In this document: in pieces, positions 38,457 to 52,314 of the stretch | Layout of the letters: each line of letters begins with the position of its first letter | Numbering within the stretch: position 1 is the stretch's first letter | From: Narcine bancroftii | Lineage: Eukaryota | Direction of reading: 5' to 3' | Length of the DNA stretch: 64,000 nucleotides | NCBI RefSeq assembly: GCF_036971445.1 | Contig: NC_091474.1 | Location: 169,694,001 to 169,758,000 of the forward strand | Translations under genes and position numbers: made by a program | The notes under the pieces: generated by a model | What the model was told of the DNA's origin: nothing | The model's input: the letters and a program-made list of their open reading frames with translations, nothing else | Database searches by the model: none

Positions 38457-39505
38457 CCCTAGATCTTGAGAGCAGATTATAAAGGGCAGAAAGCAATCCT
38501 ATATGATTAGGTTTAGAATTATATACTTCCCAAATAAGGTTAAAATCTAAATCTTGTGGAAGTCTCAATGCTAAAGAATTTAAGAAGTTCCTAATCTGTA
38601 AGAAAAAAAAATAATGTTTAGGTATTTTAAATTTAATAGATAATTATTCAAAAGAGGCCAAGATTTTGGCCAATATAGATCTAGAAAAGATTGGATACCC
38701 AAGTTTGTCACTGAGTATAACCAATATCTTGGACCGAAGGTAGATGAAAAGAATTACGTAGAATAGGGCTAATCAATAAAAAGCTATGGTAACCAAAATG
38801 ATAATTCCCTGGGTGGTATTAAGAAATTATGGGAATAAGATTTTCAACAACCATTTTCCGAAACTACATGGGATTCCATTTTGAAATATGTTCTCATCTT
38901 CTCTTTGTGCTAGGCACTCATTAATTCAATTTAAGGTAGTCCATCAAGCACATTTTTCTAAGGTTCAGTTAGCTAAATTTTATCCTAATATTACATCTAA
39001 ATGTGAAAAATGCATAACTGAGGAAGGTACGTTGTATCATGTGTTTTGGCTATGTCTTTCTCTCTTTAATTTCTAGCAAGGGGTATTTCATACTTTATCA
39101 TTAGTTCTTAATATTAATTTGACTCCTAACCCTTTCATTGCTATTTTTGGAGTGAGTGAGCCAATGGGTTTAACACTGACTTCCTCACAATCTCATGTAG
39201 TGGCTTTTTCTTCCTTCATTGCTAGAAGGGCCATTTCGCTGAGATGGAAAGATGCTATCCCTCCCACTTATACGCTATGGTTATTGGATTTGATGGCATG
39301 TTTTTCTTTAGAAAAAATAAGGTGTTCTACTACTGCAATGGATCTTACCTTTCTTTCTCTTTGGGGTCCTTTTCTCAATTACTTTCAAAATTTATAGATT
39401 ATTCATCTCTGCTTTTTTTGATGACCCCATAATTATAATTATTAGTAGTGCGCTCCTAAACTTGGCCAGCAACCCTCATGGGGTGGGATTTGATAATTAG
39501 TTTAG
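38457..39505 (+). mobile_element. L1 3' fragment with inverted 5' segment
   Basis: 38801-39500 parallels 34346-35000 (includes CEKC...H.FW.C knuckle); 38457-38800 is the reverse complement of 34001-34345. Confidence 0.88.
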
Positions 39506-39509
39506 GGTC

Positions 39510-39845
39510 AGGGTGAGGCCAAATGTAAACTTGATGAACAACATAACATATTCCTCCTGGACAACCTTCAACTTAATGACAAGAATATAGATTTTTCAAA
39601 TTTTGAGGTTAGCCTTACCCTTATGAGATACCAGTTTCCATATCTTCTATATTATTCCTTCAACTATTTTTTTCTCTAACTTTTCTCCCCCTCCCCTTCT
39701 TTCCTACTGGCTTTTCCCTCTACCTGTCTCTCCACCTCCCAGACCTTTCTTCTGTACTCTATCACAGCTATTTTATCTTCATCTGACCATTTCTACCCAA
39801 TGGATGCTATCTGATCTGCTGTGTTCCTCCAGTAATTCTTCGTTT
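39510..39845 (+). mobile_element. Penelope-like 3' fragment
   Basis: EAKCKLDEQHNIFLL..LQ...NIDFSNF-like C-terminus, pyrimidine tract, then the terminal repeat. Confidence 0.6.
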
Positions 39846-40034
39846 TACATCAGTAAATGTGTTTGAATGGATATATAGAATTAGTAAGTAGCTTATATTA
39901 CCATTAAAAGATGTTAAAAATACAAAAATGGGCAAATAGGCAGGTGGTTCTAATGGAGGGTAGGGATGCCAATAAAATCGAATAGAAAAGGAAGCAGAAC
40001 AATCTAGGAAAAAGAGCAGATATCTGGGAAATAA

Positions 40035-40835
40035 CAAATGGCAATGAGGAAGCATACAGCAGGAAGATAGATCAGCTCGTTGTATGGTGTAACAACAACA
40101 ACCTTGTGCTCGACATCAGCAAAACCAAGGAGATGATTGTGAACTTCAAGAGGAAGTCAGGGGAATATGACCCAGCTCATCGAGGGCTCAGTAGTGGAGA
40201 GAGTCAAGAACTTCAAATTCCTGGGTGTCAACATCTCCGAGGATCTGTCCTGAAGCCTCCACATTGATGGGATCACAAAGAAGGCTTGTTAGCTGCTATA
40301 CTTTGTGAGATGTCTGAGGATGTTTGGTACATCACCAAAGACTCTCATAAACTTCTTCAGGTGTACCAAGGAGAGCATTCTGGCTGGTTGCATCTCTGCC
40401 TGGTATGGAGGTGCCAACTCTCAGGACTAGATTAAACCCCAGAGGGTTGTTAACTTGGCCTGTGACATCACAGGCACCAGACCACTCCATTGAGAACATC
40501 TACATGAGGCGGTGTCTTAAAAAAGCAGCCTCTAATCTCAAAGACCCCCACCACCCAGGCCATGCTCTCTTCACTCTGCTACCATCAGGGAAAAAGTACA
40601 GGAGCCTAAAGACGAGCACTCAATGGCACAAGAACAGCTTCTTCCCCCTGCCATCATATTCCTGAATAATCAATGAACCAAAGAGACTGTCTAACTTTTT
40701 GTGCACTAGTATTGTTAATATATATTTTTTAAATTATAGTAATGTTGTAAGATGGTTATAATATGTATGTTGCTGCAAAACACCGAATTTCATGGCTTTT
40801 AATATCACAGTAAATCCTGATACTGATTCTGAAAA
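40035..40835 (+). mobile_element. Rex1/Babar-like LINE 3' part
   Basis: W.NNNNL.L..SKTKEMIV, FKFLGVNISEDL and KDPHHPGHALFTLLPSGKKYRS motifs; tail tgatactgattctga. Confidence 0.85.
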
Positions 40836-42999
40836 AGAGTAGCTCCTAATAGTGCAGGATTCCAGGCTAGAACAGTAGATTGTCACACTGGCACACAACA
40901 TAGAAATGAAGAGTTACCCAGCATAAGCCATAATGAGATTCCCCATACAATTGGTGCAATTGCAACTCAAGATCATTGTCACCTGCCACAATTCCTCACG
41001 GACATTTTTGCCTTGGTATGCTTTTCTACTGAAGGTTATTATCTTTCACTGAGAATGTGCAGTACTACTGTTTTAATACTTTGATAATCTCAGCACTCTA
41101 CAGCTCCCAGTTTCTCTTCAGCATGAAACATCATCTATACTTTGGGAAGCAGCAACAGGCCGTCTCTTTTAATCATTCAAAGGATGTGGGCACCATTAAG
41201 GGCAGCAGTCATTGTATATCATTAATTGCCTTTGAACTGAGAGGATTGTTGGCCTTCTCAGGGAGTTTAGAACAACTTCACTGATATATGTCTGGAGCTA
41301 AATATTGGCCAGGTCAAGTAAAGATGACAGATTTCATTTCCTGAAGTTAATTTATGAACCAGACAGGCTTTTATAACAATCGGATAATTTCACATTCACC
41401 ATTACTGATGTTATATTTTTGTTCCCAGTTTATTTAATGGCCAAATTTAAATTCCCTATGCTCAGTCTAGGTTTCTCCATTACAAGTTAGATAAATATAT
41501 ATATGTTGATGTGCTATATTCCAAATGGTGTCATTAATATAATTTTAAGCATCTAACAATATACCAATTGCCATGTAAGCTCATTATCAACTAGATTTCT
41601 ATTTTTTTGTGGAGATACTATGCTTCCATAGTATTCCCAACATTTTCTGGTTTTGTTTCATATTTCCTCTGTAAGCAGTCTTTAGTTTTTATTAATTTAC
41701 TTTAATAATATGTTCCTCATTTTATCATGCCATTTCCTTTTCTCTGTAATTTTTTTGTCCCTCATTCCAAAGAATTACCAGTAATAAGAGTTTTAGCTGA
41801 ACCCAAACAGTACTTTAACTCAAAAAACAAGCACCATTTGTTTCTTCTTCTCCTCATTTGTACTATATGGTGGTAGCACACTCACATTTCCTTTTTCCAA
41901 TATACCAGCTACGTTGAATACTAGGGACCAGAGTGTGTACATCAAATCTTTTCACCACTTGGTAAGGCATTGCTTTCTTTACAGACTAAAGGATTAACAC
42001 ACAACAATCCTGCTGCAATTAATAGAATGCAGTTTTGTCTTTCTTCTCACATCTATTGGGATCAATGGACGAGATATAGAAACCTTTGATTGTTGAGAAT
42101 TGCATTTGAAGTTAAATTTAATTCATGACCATTGCCAGAATATATTGTAGAGGTTGAAGATAAGGAAAATGAACTTTAACAAGAATCTTTAAATAATTTT
42201 ATCATCAGCATTATATTTATATATATATAAAATTAAGAATAATCTGTGAAATCCGCAATCCTATAAGATCAAAGATTCTAGTTAGAATAGGAGTATGATG
42301 CTACACACATCATTCATTATGGTCAGATGATGCAATTTGATCTGATGGGTGGTGGACACTAAAACTAAAACAATCTTTTTTTTAAGAAAAATCATGTCTT
42401 CATGGTTGATATCAGCTGTCCACAAATTCTCAATATTAAATGATATAAAGATTGAAATTGATAGTAAACCAGATTTTGACAGAAATAGTCAGTTTGGTTG
42501 ATCTGTTGTGAACAGAGCTAGTATAAATGTACTGATGCATTTTGCCTAATATGCCCAGCAGCTTGTCCTTGGGTGAAATCTTTTCAAGCCGAAACATAAG
42601 AAACAAAGATGAATTGTTTTATGGCCTGCACTTGTTAAATTAAGGAAGTTTGATAGCATTATATATTAATTGCAAAATCAACTACAATTATTTGTTTCTC
42701 TTGTTAGAATCATAAAACCGTATAACCCTCAAGAGAGCCATTCATGTCACCATTTCCAAGCTGGCCAAGAGCTGAAATAATACAAAACCAATCCCAGCCA
42801 TTTCTTCTTGAAACTCTGTGCTTCCTTTAGGGAGTTTAAATCACTTCAAATATAATATTTTGCAGCAATACGATTGTCTGTGGAAAAGCATTTTACTAGG
42901 CAACAGAACACCATCACAAGCGAAGTCTTTCATCCTCTCTATACCCACAATGACAATTTTAAATTGATCACTTTGAATCATAGACTTCTAACTAGGTGG

Positions 43000-43760
43000 A
43001 AATAGTCCGTCACCACTCAGTTTTCCTTCTCATTTCCATTTATAACTTCAGTGATGAAACAGACACAACCTCCATGCAGTAAGCTGCTCAGGTGCAAGTA
43101 GCATCCATGTCACACAGGTGCCAGAGAATAACAAACTCTGATGAGGAGGAGTCTGCCAGGTATTCAGTATTGTAATCACTGACCAATATCCTTTGGATCC
43201 ACCATTCACCATAAACTAGACTCAACAAACCACATAAATGCAGTGGATTTAAGAGGTTAGATGCCAGGTATTCTGCAGTAAGCAACTCACTGACTGCATC
43301 CTCAATACATTTCAACAGTATACAAGGCACATCAGAAGTCTGATGGAATATGTTCCATTGAAGTTTTAACATTACTCTGGAAACTTGGTTCAATCCAGGT
43401 CAAAGCAGCAACCCTGGTTGGCACTACAGCTAGCACCTTTATTCCCTCTGCGATCAGTATATACTCCATTTGCAACTTCAATAAAAGGCATTACAATTAT
43501 TCACCCAAGCTATTCCAATAGCACCATCCAAGTCTGTGAATTATGACAACATAAAATAAAATGGAATCTCCAATGTATATCAGTTCTCTATCATGACAAA
43601 TAACATCCTTATCTGGAAATATGTCACTGCTCCTTCACTAACACTAAATGTAAATTTCAGAACATCCTCCTTAACAGAATTGTGGGAGTTTTTCAATCAG
43701 TGGAGTGGTTTGAGATGGCAGCACAAGGAAAAATCTGAATGGATAGTAGGTTTATCATGC
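43000..43760 (+). mobile_element. Very old CR1/L2-like LINE 3' remnant
   Basis: Shares a degenerate 3' motif (tggaaatatgtcactgctccttcact) with 32590-32625. Confidence 0.45.
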
Positions 43761-44199
43761 ATAACTGAATCAAAATCTTACGTAATTTTAACTTTATTCA
43801 TAAAATCACCACTTAGCCAAATAGCAAGGGTGAAAAATCTTCTTCTATCTTGTACACCAAAACTGCAGTTACTTATTCCTAACATCATCCATGCTGAAAC
43901 CCTGTTACTTTAATAGTTTTGTACAACCATGTAAGTGAAACATGAAAGTCTGCAGTCGTGATTGTCGTAAAAACATAATGAAATGCTAGAGAAACTCAGC
44001 TGGCCTTGTAGCTTCCATAGGTCATAAGGATATAAGGACGTTTCGGGCCTGAGGCCTTCTTCAAGGAATAAGCAAAAATAAACAGGAAATCTCAGAATAG
44101 AAACTTTGCTGTCTAGGGGAGGAATCTTTCACACAGACAAAAATCAATTCTCACCTCTCCCCTTATAATCTCCAATTAACAGTCAATGAAAAGTAGCCT

Positions 44200-45000
44200 G
44201 GTGTATGTGCTGCTCCTGTCTAGGTTATCCAGAGCTGAATGGAGAGTCAGCGAGATTGCATCTGCTGTAGAGCAATTATGGCAGTAGGCAAATTGCAGTG
44301 GATGAAAATCTTTACTTGAGTACAACTGATTCTGCGATGACCATCCTCTCAAAGCATTTCATCACAGTAGATGTGAGTGCTCATGGGTGATAGTCATTGA
44401 GGCAGCTCACTCTGCTCTTCTTGGGCACGGGATTGATTTTAAAGCAGGTGGGAACCTCCGACTTCAGCAATGAGAAATCAAAAATGTCTGTGACTACTCC
44501 AGCTAGTTAGTTGCCATGGATTTTCAGTACCCTGCCAGGCACTCCAGATGGGTGTGACGCCTTGCATGGGTTCACCCTCTTGAAGGATATTCTGATGTTG
44601 ACCTCAGAGACAGATATCACAAGGTTGCTAGCATTTGCAGGGATTCTCATTGGTATTCTCCCTTTCAAAGCAACCATAAAATTTAGCTCATTGAGTGAAG
44701 CATGACAGTCATTTACAATGTTCAGCTTTGCCTTGTAGGATGTAATGACCTGTAATTCCTGCCATAGATGGCGAGTATCAAAATAAACTCCTTTTATATA
44801 AAAATAAACTTTGTTCCTAGCTTATCTCGACATTGCCTCTTTACTGCTGAGATAGAATTCTGTAGGTTGTACCTGGATCTCCTGTATCACCGTTCTTCAA
44901 TGCTATCGACCTTGGCCTCAGCAGTTTGTGAATCTTTTGATTCATCCATGGTTTTAGCTTGAGGTATTCACAGTACACACTCATCCATGCAGGATGATGA
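44200..45000 (-). mobile_element. Rex1/Babar-like LINE fragment
   Basis: Reverse complement gives LNDYHP.ALTSTVMKCFER-type motif near 44340-44410. Confidence 0.7.
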
Positions 45001-45004
45001 CAGC

Positions 45005-45158
45005 ATCAGTGATCTCGGTTTGAATCTGGCACTATCTGTAAAGTGTATATGTTCTCCCTGTGATGTGCATGGGTTTTTTCCAGGTTCTTCTTCCTTCCAA
45101 AATGTACAGGGTTGAAGGTTAATTGCGTGTCAGTGGGCAACAAAGGTTTCAATGGCAG
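45005..45158 (+). mobile_element. V-SINE-like element
   Basis: ggtttgaatctggc...tatgttctccctgtgatgtgcatgggttttttccagg core, as in the 6510 and 61838 copies. Confidence 0.6.
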
Positions 45159-45159
45159 T

Positions 45160-48100
45160 AGAGCATTGGCTGAAATAGAGTGGGAATAAAGGGATCCTAT
45201 TATGGTTGGTTTCTGGTTACCAGTGGTGTTTGCAGGAGTCAGTGTAGGGCAACTTCTTTTTATGTTATACATTAGTGATTTGATTGTGCAATAAATGACT
45301 TTATGGCAAAGTTTGCAGATGATACAAAGATAGGTGGGGAGGTAGGTAGTGATGAGGTAATGGAGAGGGTGCAGCGAGACCTCACAAGATCACAAGATAA
45401 AGGACTAGTAGGCCATTTGGTCCATTGAGTCTACTCTGCAAATCCAACCTGAGCCAAACTGTTCTCACTCTAGTTCCAATTTCCTGCCTTTTCCCCCATA
45501 TCCCTTGATATCTTGACTAATTAGATACCTGTCAATCTCCCCCAGTGATTGGGCCCCCACAGCTGTATGTGGCAACAAATTCCACAAGTCCACGACCCTT
45601 TGGCTAAAGAAATTTCTTTTCATCTCAGTTTTAAATGGGTACCTTCTAATTGTAAGACTTTCCTGGATCCACCCACCAAGGGAAACATTCTATTCACATC
45701 TACTCTGTCCAATCCTTTCAACATTTGATGTTTCTATGAGATCTCCTCTCATTCTTCTATATCCCAACAAATACAATCCAAGAGCTTCTAAATATTCCTC
45801 ATATGTTAGCCTCTGCATTCCAGGAATCATCCTGGTAAATCTTCTCTGTACTCTCCAATATTATTACATCCCTTTAAGAAAAGGGGCTCAAAATTGCACA
45901 CAATTCTCCAAATGAGTTCTCACCAGTGCCACATAGAGCGTCATCAACATCTCTTTACTCTTATACTCTATTCCGCTTGAAATGAATGCCAACATAGCAT
46001 TCACATTTTTTTTAACTTCTGATCCAATCTGGTGGATCACCTTTAGGTTATGTGCATGAGGACCCCCAAGTCCCTTTGGACTTTTGAATTTTATCCCCAT
46101 CCTAATTATAATCTGACTATTTCCTCTTCCATTTGTATAACTGTACATTTCTCAACATTGTATCTCATCTGCCATTTCATTGCCCACTTTCCCAAGCTGT
46201 CCAGGTCTCTCTGCAACCTTTCAGTTTCTTCAACACTTCCTATTCCACCACTTATCTTGGTGTCATCTGCAAACTTAGCCCACAAAACCATTCAATCCAT
46301 AATCTAAATCATTAATATATATTGTTAGAAGCGGTCCCAACACCAACCCCTATGGAACACCACTAGTAACTGGCAACCAACCAGAACTCAATCCTTTTAT
46401 TCCACCCTTTGCTTCCTGCCTATCAGCCGATGCTCCACCCAATTTAATACGTTTCCTGTAATTTCCATGGGTTCTCATCTTATTAGGCAGCCTCTTATGT
46501 GGCAGCTTATGTAAGGCCTTTTGAAAATCTAAATACACAACATCCACAACCTACCTGAAATTTCCTCAAAGAATTCCAATAGGTTGGTCAGGCATGATGT
46601 TCCCTTCATGAACCCCTGCTGGCTTGGACCTTTCATGCCATGCACCCTTAGGTATTAAAAAACCTCATCTTTGAGGATTGATTCCAATAATTTCCCAACA
46701 ACCAAAGTCAGACTAATAGGCCTATAATTTAATTTTTTTTGCCTCCCTCCTTTATTCAACAGTGGAGTTACATTTGCAACCTTCCAATCCTCTGGAACCA
46801 TGCCTGAATCTATTGATTTCTGGTAAATCAATTCCAATGCCTCCACAATCTCCAAAGCCACTTCCTCAGAACCTGTGGGTTCACCTCGTCTAGTCTGGGA
46901 CACTTAGCTATTTTAAGTCCATTCAACTTACTAAGCACTATCTCTTTAGTAATCCTAATTGTATTTACTTCTATTCCCTGAGACCTCTGACTATCAGGTA
47001 TATTGCTATTGTCTTCCTCAGTGAAGTCTGATGCAAAATACTCATTTAGTTCCTCAGCCATCTCTTTGTTACCCATTATAATTTCTCCAGCATTATTTTC
47101 AATCAGTCCTATATCTACCCATGTTTCTCTTTTATTTTGTATATATTAAAAAAAAACTTAGTATCCTTTTGTATGTTATTTTCCAACTTCCTTTCAATGG
47201 ACTTGCTGCACCAGGTTCCAAGTTCTCTGTTTTTCCACTAATTTTTGCCTCCTTGAATGCCCTCCCTTTTGCTTTTATTTTAGCCTTAACCTCTCTTGTT
47301 ACCCACATTTGTGCCGTTTTTCCATTCATGATTTTCTTTTTTCTTGCACTTTCTTTATTTTTTGTTGAAATATCCTCCAATTCTGCTCTGCCATCCCTCT
47401 AGTCAAATTGGGATAGTTCCTCTCTCATAGCTCTGTAATTTTCTTTGCATCACTGAAATATTGACACATCTGATATCAGCTTTTCCTTTTCAAATTTGAA
47501 ACTGATCTCAATCATATTATGATCACCACTTCCTAAAGGTTCCATTACCTTTAATTTCCTAATCACCTCCAGTTCATTACACATCACCCAATCCAAAACT
47601 GCTGATCCCCAGGTGGGCTTATCGACAATCTGTTCCAAAAAGCCATCCCTTAGGCATTCTACAAACTCTCTCCTGAGATCCAGTACCTTCCTGACTGTCT
47701 CAATCCCTTTCATGTTAAAATCCCCCATAATTATTTTGACATTTTCCTTCTGACATGCCTTTTCTATTTCCAGCTGTAACTCGTAGTCCACTTCCTGGTT
47801 GCTGTTTTGTGGCCTGTATACGGCTGCCAATAGGGTCCTTTTACCCTTGCCATTTCTTAATTCAACCCATACGTATTCTACCCCATCCAAGCATATGTCC
47901 CATCTTTCTAGTGATTTAATATCATTGCTTACTATCAAGGCCATGCCACCACCTCTACCTACCTGCCTATTTTTCTTGTACCCTGTATTTTCTTGGACAT
48001 TTAGCTTCCAATCACATTCATCATTAAGCCATTTCTCCGTCACAATGTCATATCATTCAACATTTAACTGCCCAACAAAGTCCTCTACTTCATTCCTAAT

Positions 48101-48735
48101 GCTCTGTGCATTCAAGTACAGTACTCTTAAACAAGTATCTATTACTTATTCCGCTGTCTTTCTATTGTACAGTAAATGATCCTGTCTTACTTACATGAGA
48201 ATGGGCAAATGAAATACAATGTTGGAACGTGCACTTTAGTGGAAGGAATAAAAGGGCCGACTATTATTTGGATCAGGAGAAAATTCAAAATTTAGAAGTG
48301 CAAAGGTTAACCTCTAGGTTGAGTTGGTTGTGAGGAAGGTGAATGCAATGTTGGCATTCATATCTAGAGGTTTAGGATATAAAGGCAGGGACGTGTTGTT
48401 GAGCCTCTACAAGGCACTGGTGAGGCCTCATTTGGAGTACAGGTAAAGTTTTGGATTTGTTATTTAAGAAAGGATGTGCTGGCATTGGATAGAGTTCAAA
48501 GAAGATTTACAAAAATGATTCCTGGAATGAAGGGATTAGCATATGAAGAATGGTTGACAGCTCTTGGACAATACTCCTTGGAGTTCAGAAGAATGGGAGG
48601 GACTTCATAAAAACATTTCAACTGTTGAAGAGCCTGGACAGAATAGATATTGTAAAGTTGTTTCCCATGGTAGGGGTGTCTGGATCAGTTCATGAAGGAA
48701 TGGCAGAACAGACTTGACAGGCCGAATGGTTTTAT
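45160..48735 (+). mobile_element. CR1 RT and 3' part, split by a nested opposite-strand CR1
   Basis: KFADDTK...LQRD at 45300-45380 resumes as EWA..MKYN at ~48195 and continues to LVRPHLEY and a 3' end near 48730. Confidence 0.7.
45382..48180 (-). mobile_element. CR1 LINE with endonuclease and RT remnants
   Basis: EN motifs GGGMAL, IIMGDFN, LDWV, SGDHNMI (47450-48043); RT motifs NYRPISLT, VVYLDFQKA, KFADDTK; octamer tail (atcttgtg)2. Confidence 0.9.
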
Positions 48736-51389
48736 GGAATCAGCTTCGACCATGTTGTAAATAAAAAAAATTTAAATTAATGAACATGTGCACTAAAATT
48801 CTTACTTGCTGCACCATTAGGCAACTACAATGGTGAACATTAACTACTGTACTATTGCAGTTGTTTTCTTATCAGGTTTTTATTTATGCATTAAGATCAA
48901 ACAGAACTTCATCATTCTACACACCTTTCTCCTGCTATTCCTAGATACCTCATATTCACTTGGCAGATGCCCTATTGGCTAGTGAAGAAATTGGGGGAAT
49001 AAAGCCAAATTCAGTCTGAGGTCTGGGAAATACTTAATTCAGAGTTTCCCGTCCTAAAATCCTACTACTACCCACCCATCCCTTCATGGCCCCAGTCAAT
49101 AACAAGATCCATGTTTTCAAACAACAATTCTTGATTAAAGAGAACAATGGAGTTTTTGATTGAAGTAAACAGTTCAGACAAGGCCTTCAGTCGATGATAT
49201 TTGGTGTGGATCAATGATGTGTCCATACGCAAGGTCACAAATAGATTTTTAAAAATATAAATTAAGAAATGCCACATCAAAAGGATTTAAATTAAGTTTT
49301 GCAAATCTCCCACTGTTGATGTTCATTTTTAAAATAACCCTCTGCCTTATTTACAAATCTGAGTAATCTCACATGATGTCAACATGTCTGTTGTGTCACA
49401 GTCTCTAATTAAATTCAAAGTTGGCAAAACTGTTTGGTTCACTTAGTTTGAATTATTATCCATAAGGAAGAAGACAGAACAAAAGTCAGAAATTGATGAT
49501 TAATGGAGAATAAAGAGTGTTTAATGCCACTCATTTGAACCAATTTTTAAAACTACTTGCCTCCAGTGTATTCTGCATTATTTTTTTCTGATCAGCATCA
49601 GACGTATACTATTTCTGCTGAGAATGAATCCCAGACCAAGACTGCATCAGAGCAGCTGCACTTCAAAGGCAGGAAGGGATAAAGACATTTGGTGGCATTT
49701 TAGTTTGAAACATAGTCAACCAACCATGTCATTTCCTAAAAAAAGCACTCAATTTAACAGCTCAATATATATTTGCTGGAGAAATGGTACACAGAGAAAA
49801 TAGCAGCAAATTATACTGCATCAGAATGCCCATGGTGTGGTTCAGTGTAACCTGTTATTTGAAATATTGTATTCAATAAATCAGATTTCAGATATTTAAA
49901 AAATTATCTTCCAAAGATAATTTGAAAATGAAATTTTGAGAAATTCAGTGAATCTACAGAAAGGCTGTTTAAATGGTGACAATATTCTACTTTGTATTGG
50001 AATCATGTGCCGCTCTGTCATGACCTAATTGCCTACTTCATCATCTGTGACCTTTAACCTGGGCTCTTAGTCATCTATTATCAACATCTCGAGGTAGTGA
50101 GCAAGCTTTCTAATTTACAACTTGTTATTGTACTAGTTCACAAACACTTCCAGTAACTATGTCATAAATGTCGATAAGCATTAATTATATTTAGCCTTGG
50201 AATGTGGAGCTGTGGCCAAATTGGCCTGAAATGAATGGACACCACAGCAGGATGTTTTAAAAGCTAGATGCACTGCAAGTTAAGCAAAGATTCCTTTTGT
50301 GCTGATGTTGTTTGTGATCAGCCATTGTACATAAGTTGCCAAAAGTCCAGAGTCTACAGCTTTACTGAGTTCAGTTAACTCTTTCATCTTATTTGAGTAT
50401 ATTAGACCTACAAAAGTCTTCTATGAAAATAATACTAAATTATACTCTGGTTTTTCTTCAGATCGTATAATTCTTTCACCTTTTACAAAATTATAAAGAT
50501 CATTTTCAAATAGTCATTCAAGTTAATTTTACATATTTAAATATTGGTTGGAAGCCTCAACCACTATAAGCACAGAAAACAAATTTAGACACACATCTTG
50601 TCATTAATTATAATGGTCAGATTGTCATGGGACAAATGCAATTTTCTGACTTCTAGAATGACAATATGTGATAACGCTGTCAGGCTTTTTAGATACAAAT
50701 GAGACTTATTTCACATTCATGAATTACTTCTAAAAGTTTCTGTCGCATTTGTTATCATGACGTACTCGCCCAGAACATTGCAGTCAGCAGAAAAGCAATT
50801 GTGCCATTGACCTCAAATAAAGGTTGCCCTGTGGTGTGGATTTTACCTTTCCCACACTAGTTGTTGCCAAAAGAATCACTTGAAATGGACGCCTGATGTC
50901 TAGCAACAGAGAGTTCATTAAAGAGTTAATCACACTGACGAACTCTTACAGAGGGTAGTCCAAAAGTTAAAAAAAGTTCAATTTTAACTAACTTTTAAAA
51001 TATTCTACAAAAATATAATGCTATTCACATGTTACTCTAAACAGGAATTACATTTTGAAATATTTACCTGGCCAAATTGCAATTAATGCACGTAAATTTA
51101 AGTTTCTTTTGTGATCAAATAATTTGTTAACTGCAATTATATTCAGTATACCTTTGAAAACGTGAGCCTCAAGCAGCATTTTCAAAGTATTTTTTTTCAA
51201 GCAAGAATGGTTCAATAGTACTGACATTCTTCTCATTTGGATTTTTGCTCATCAATGACATTGCAAATGCAGCTAAATAATATTCCCGATAGAGGAGCTA
51301 CATGTCACCAACAGAAACTTACAGTGTTTAATTTATTTTTCAATACCCCAAGAAACTGCTGTTGGATTTTTTCTGCATAAAGATGAATA

Positions 51390-51575
51390 CAGGTATAACC
51401 TGCTTTAAGAAACCTATGAAACCTTTTGTAAGCTGAAATGGCGTAAAGTTTCACTAGTATTGAAGGTTATTTTTGTAAAAACGAAACCCATTCAAATTTT
51501 GTTCAGATAGAGTACACAGGTTGTTTTGTAAAAGTGAATTTGCATAGTGAGTATTTATAAACCAGGGTATACCTG
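51390..51575. mobile_element. Tc1/mariner-type MITE
   Basis: TA|caggtataacctg ... cagggtatacctg|TA. Confidence 0.75.
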
Positions 51576-52238
51576 TACTTAGAATCTCAACCGTTATTTT
51601 GCTTGACAAGTTTTAGGCTATTATTACAAACAAAATGATATAATATCAGACATGACAAGCTCTGTTGCAACATTTAAATATAATATAAATTTAATTTTTA
51701 GGTAATACCTCAGTACTTTAAATAAAAACATTTTGGAGACAGGGAATTCAGAAGTTAGAATGAGTGAAAATAAAGCAAGAAACTGCAGAAAGTAGAGTCT
51801 CAGTACTCCACATGGCAAATCTATTTGTAGTGCACAAAGCATTATACCCTCTTCTTAATGTATGTATAGAATTGGTGAATTCCAGAGATAGTTGTACTAA
51901 TATCCTATTTAATTTCATTTAACTTCAGAAAACTTCTCAATGCCAGAAAACAAATAATTTTCTTTCAGTGTCTTTAGTGCGTTAAAAAAAAACTTAATTT
52001 ACAAATGGATGTCAAATTAGAGGGATCACCAAAATCTTGAGTGCAGATAATGCAGAGGAATCTTGAAGGTGGATGATGGAGAGGTAATGTTTCATTAAAA
52101 AAAACTTGTCCTCAGTCACATCCTTTTAACACATGCTCCATCTGATGTATGGAAGGCACAAACATAAAACATGTGAAGAGTGCAATATTTGGGATATAAA
52201 ATCTCCAAGCCTGTTTACCAAGATTAGGATGTACTCAC

Positions 52239-52314
52239 CAAAGCTCAGCTGACGGCTCTCACAGTATTCTGCATATTGAGATGAATCCATCATTCGAGTT
52301 TGGCGCTCAGCTCT
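52239..52314 (-). CDS. SUPT3H: SUPT3H internal coding exon (76 nt, phase 0 to 1)
   Basis: [25 protein letters not shown] vs human [25 protein letters not shown]; acceptor tcccag, donor G|gtgagt. Confidence 0.96.
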
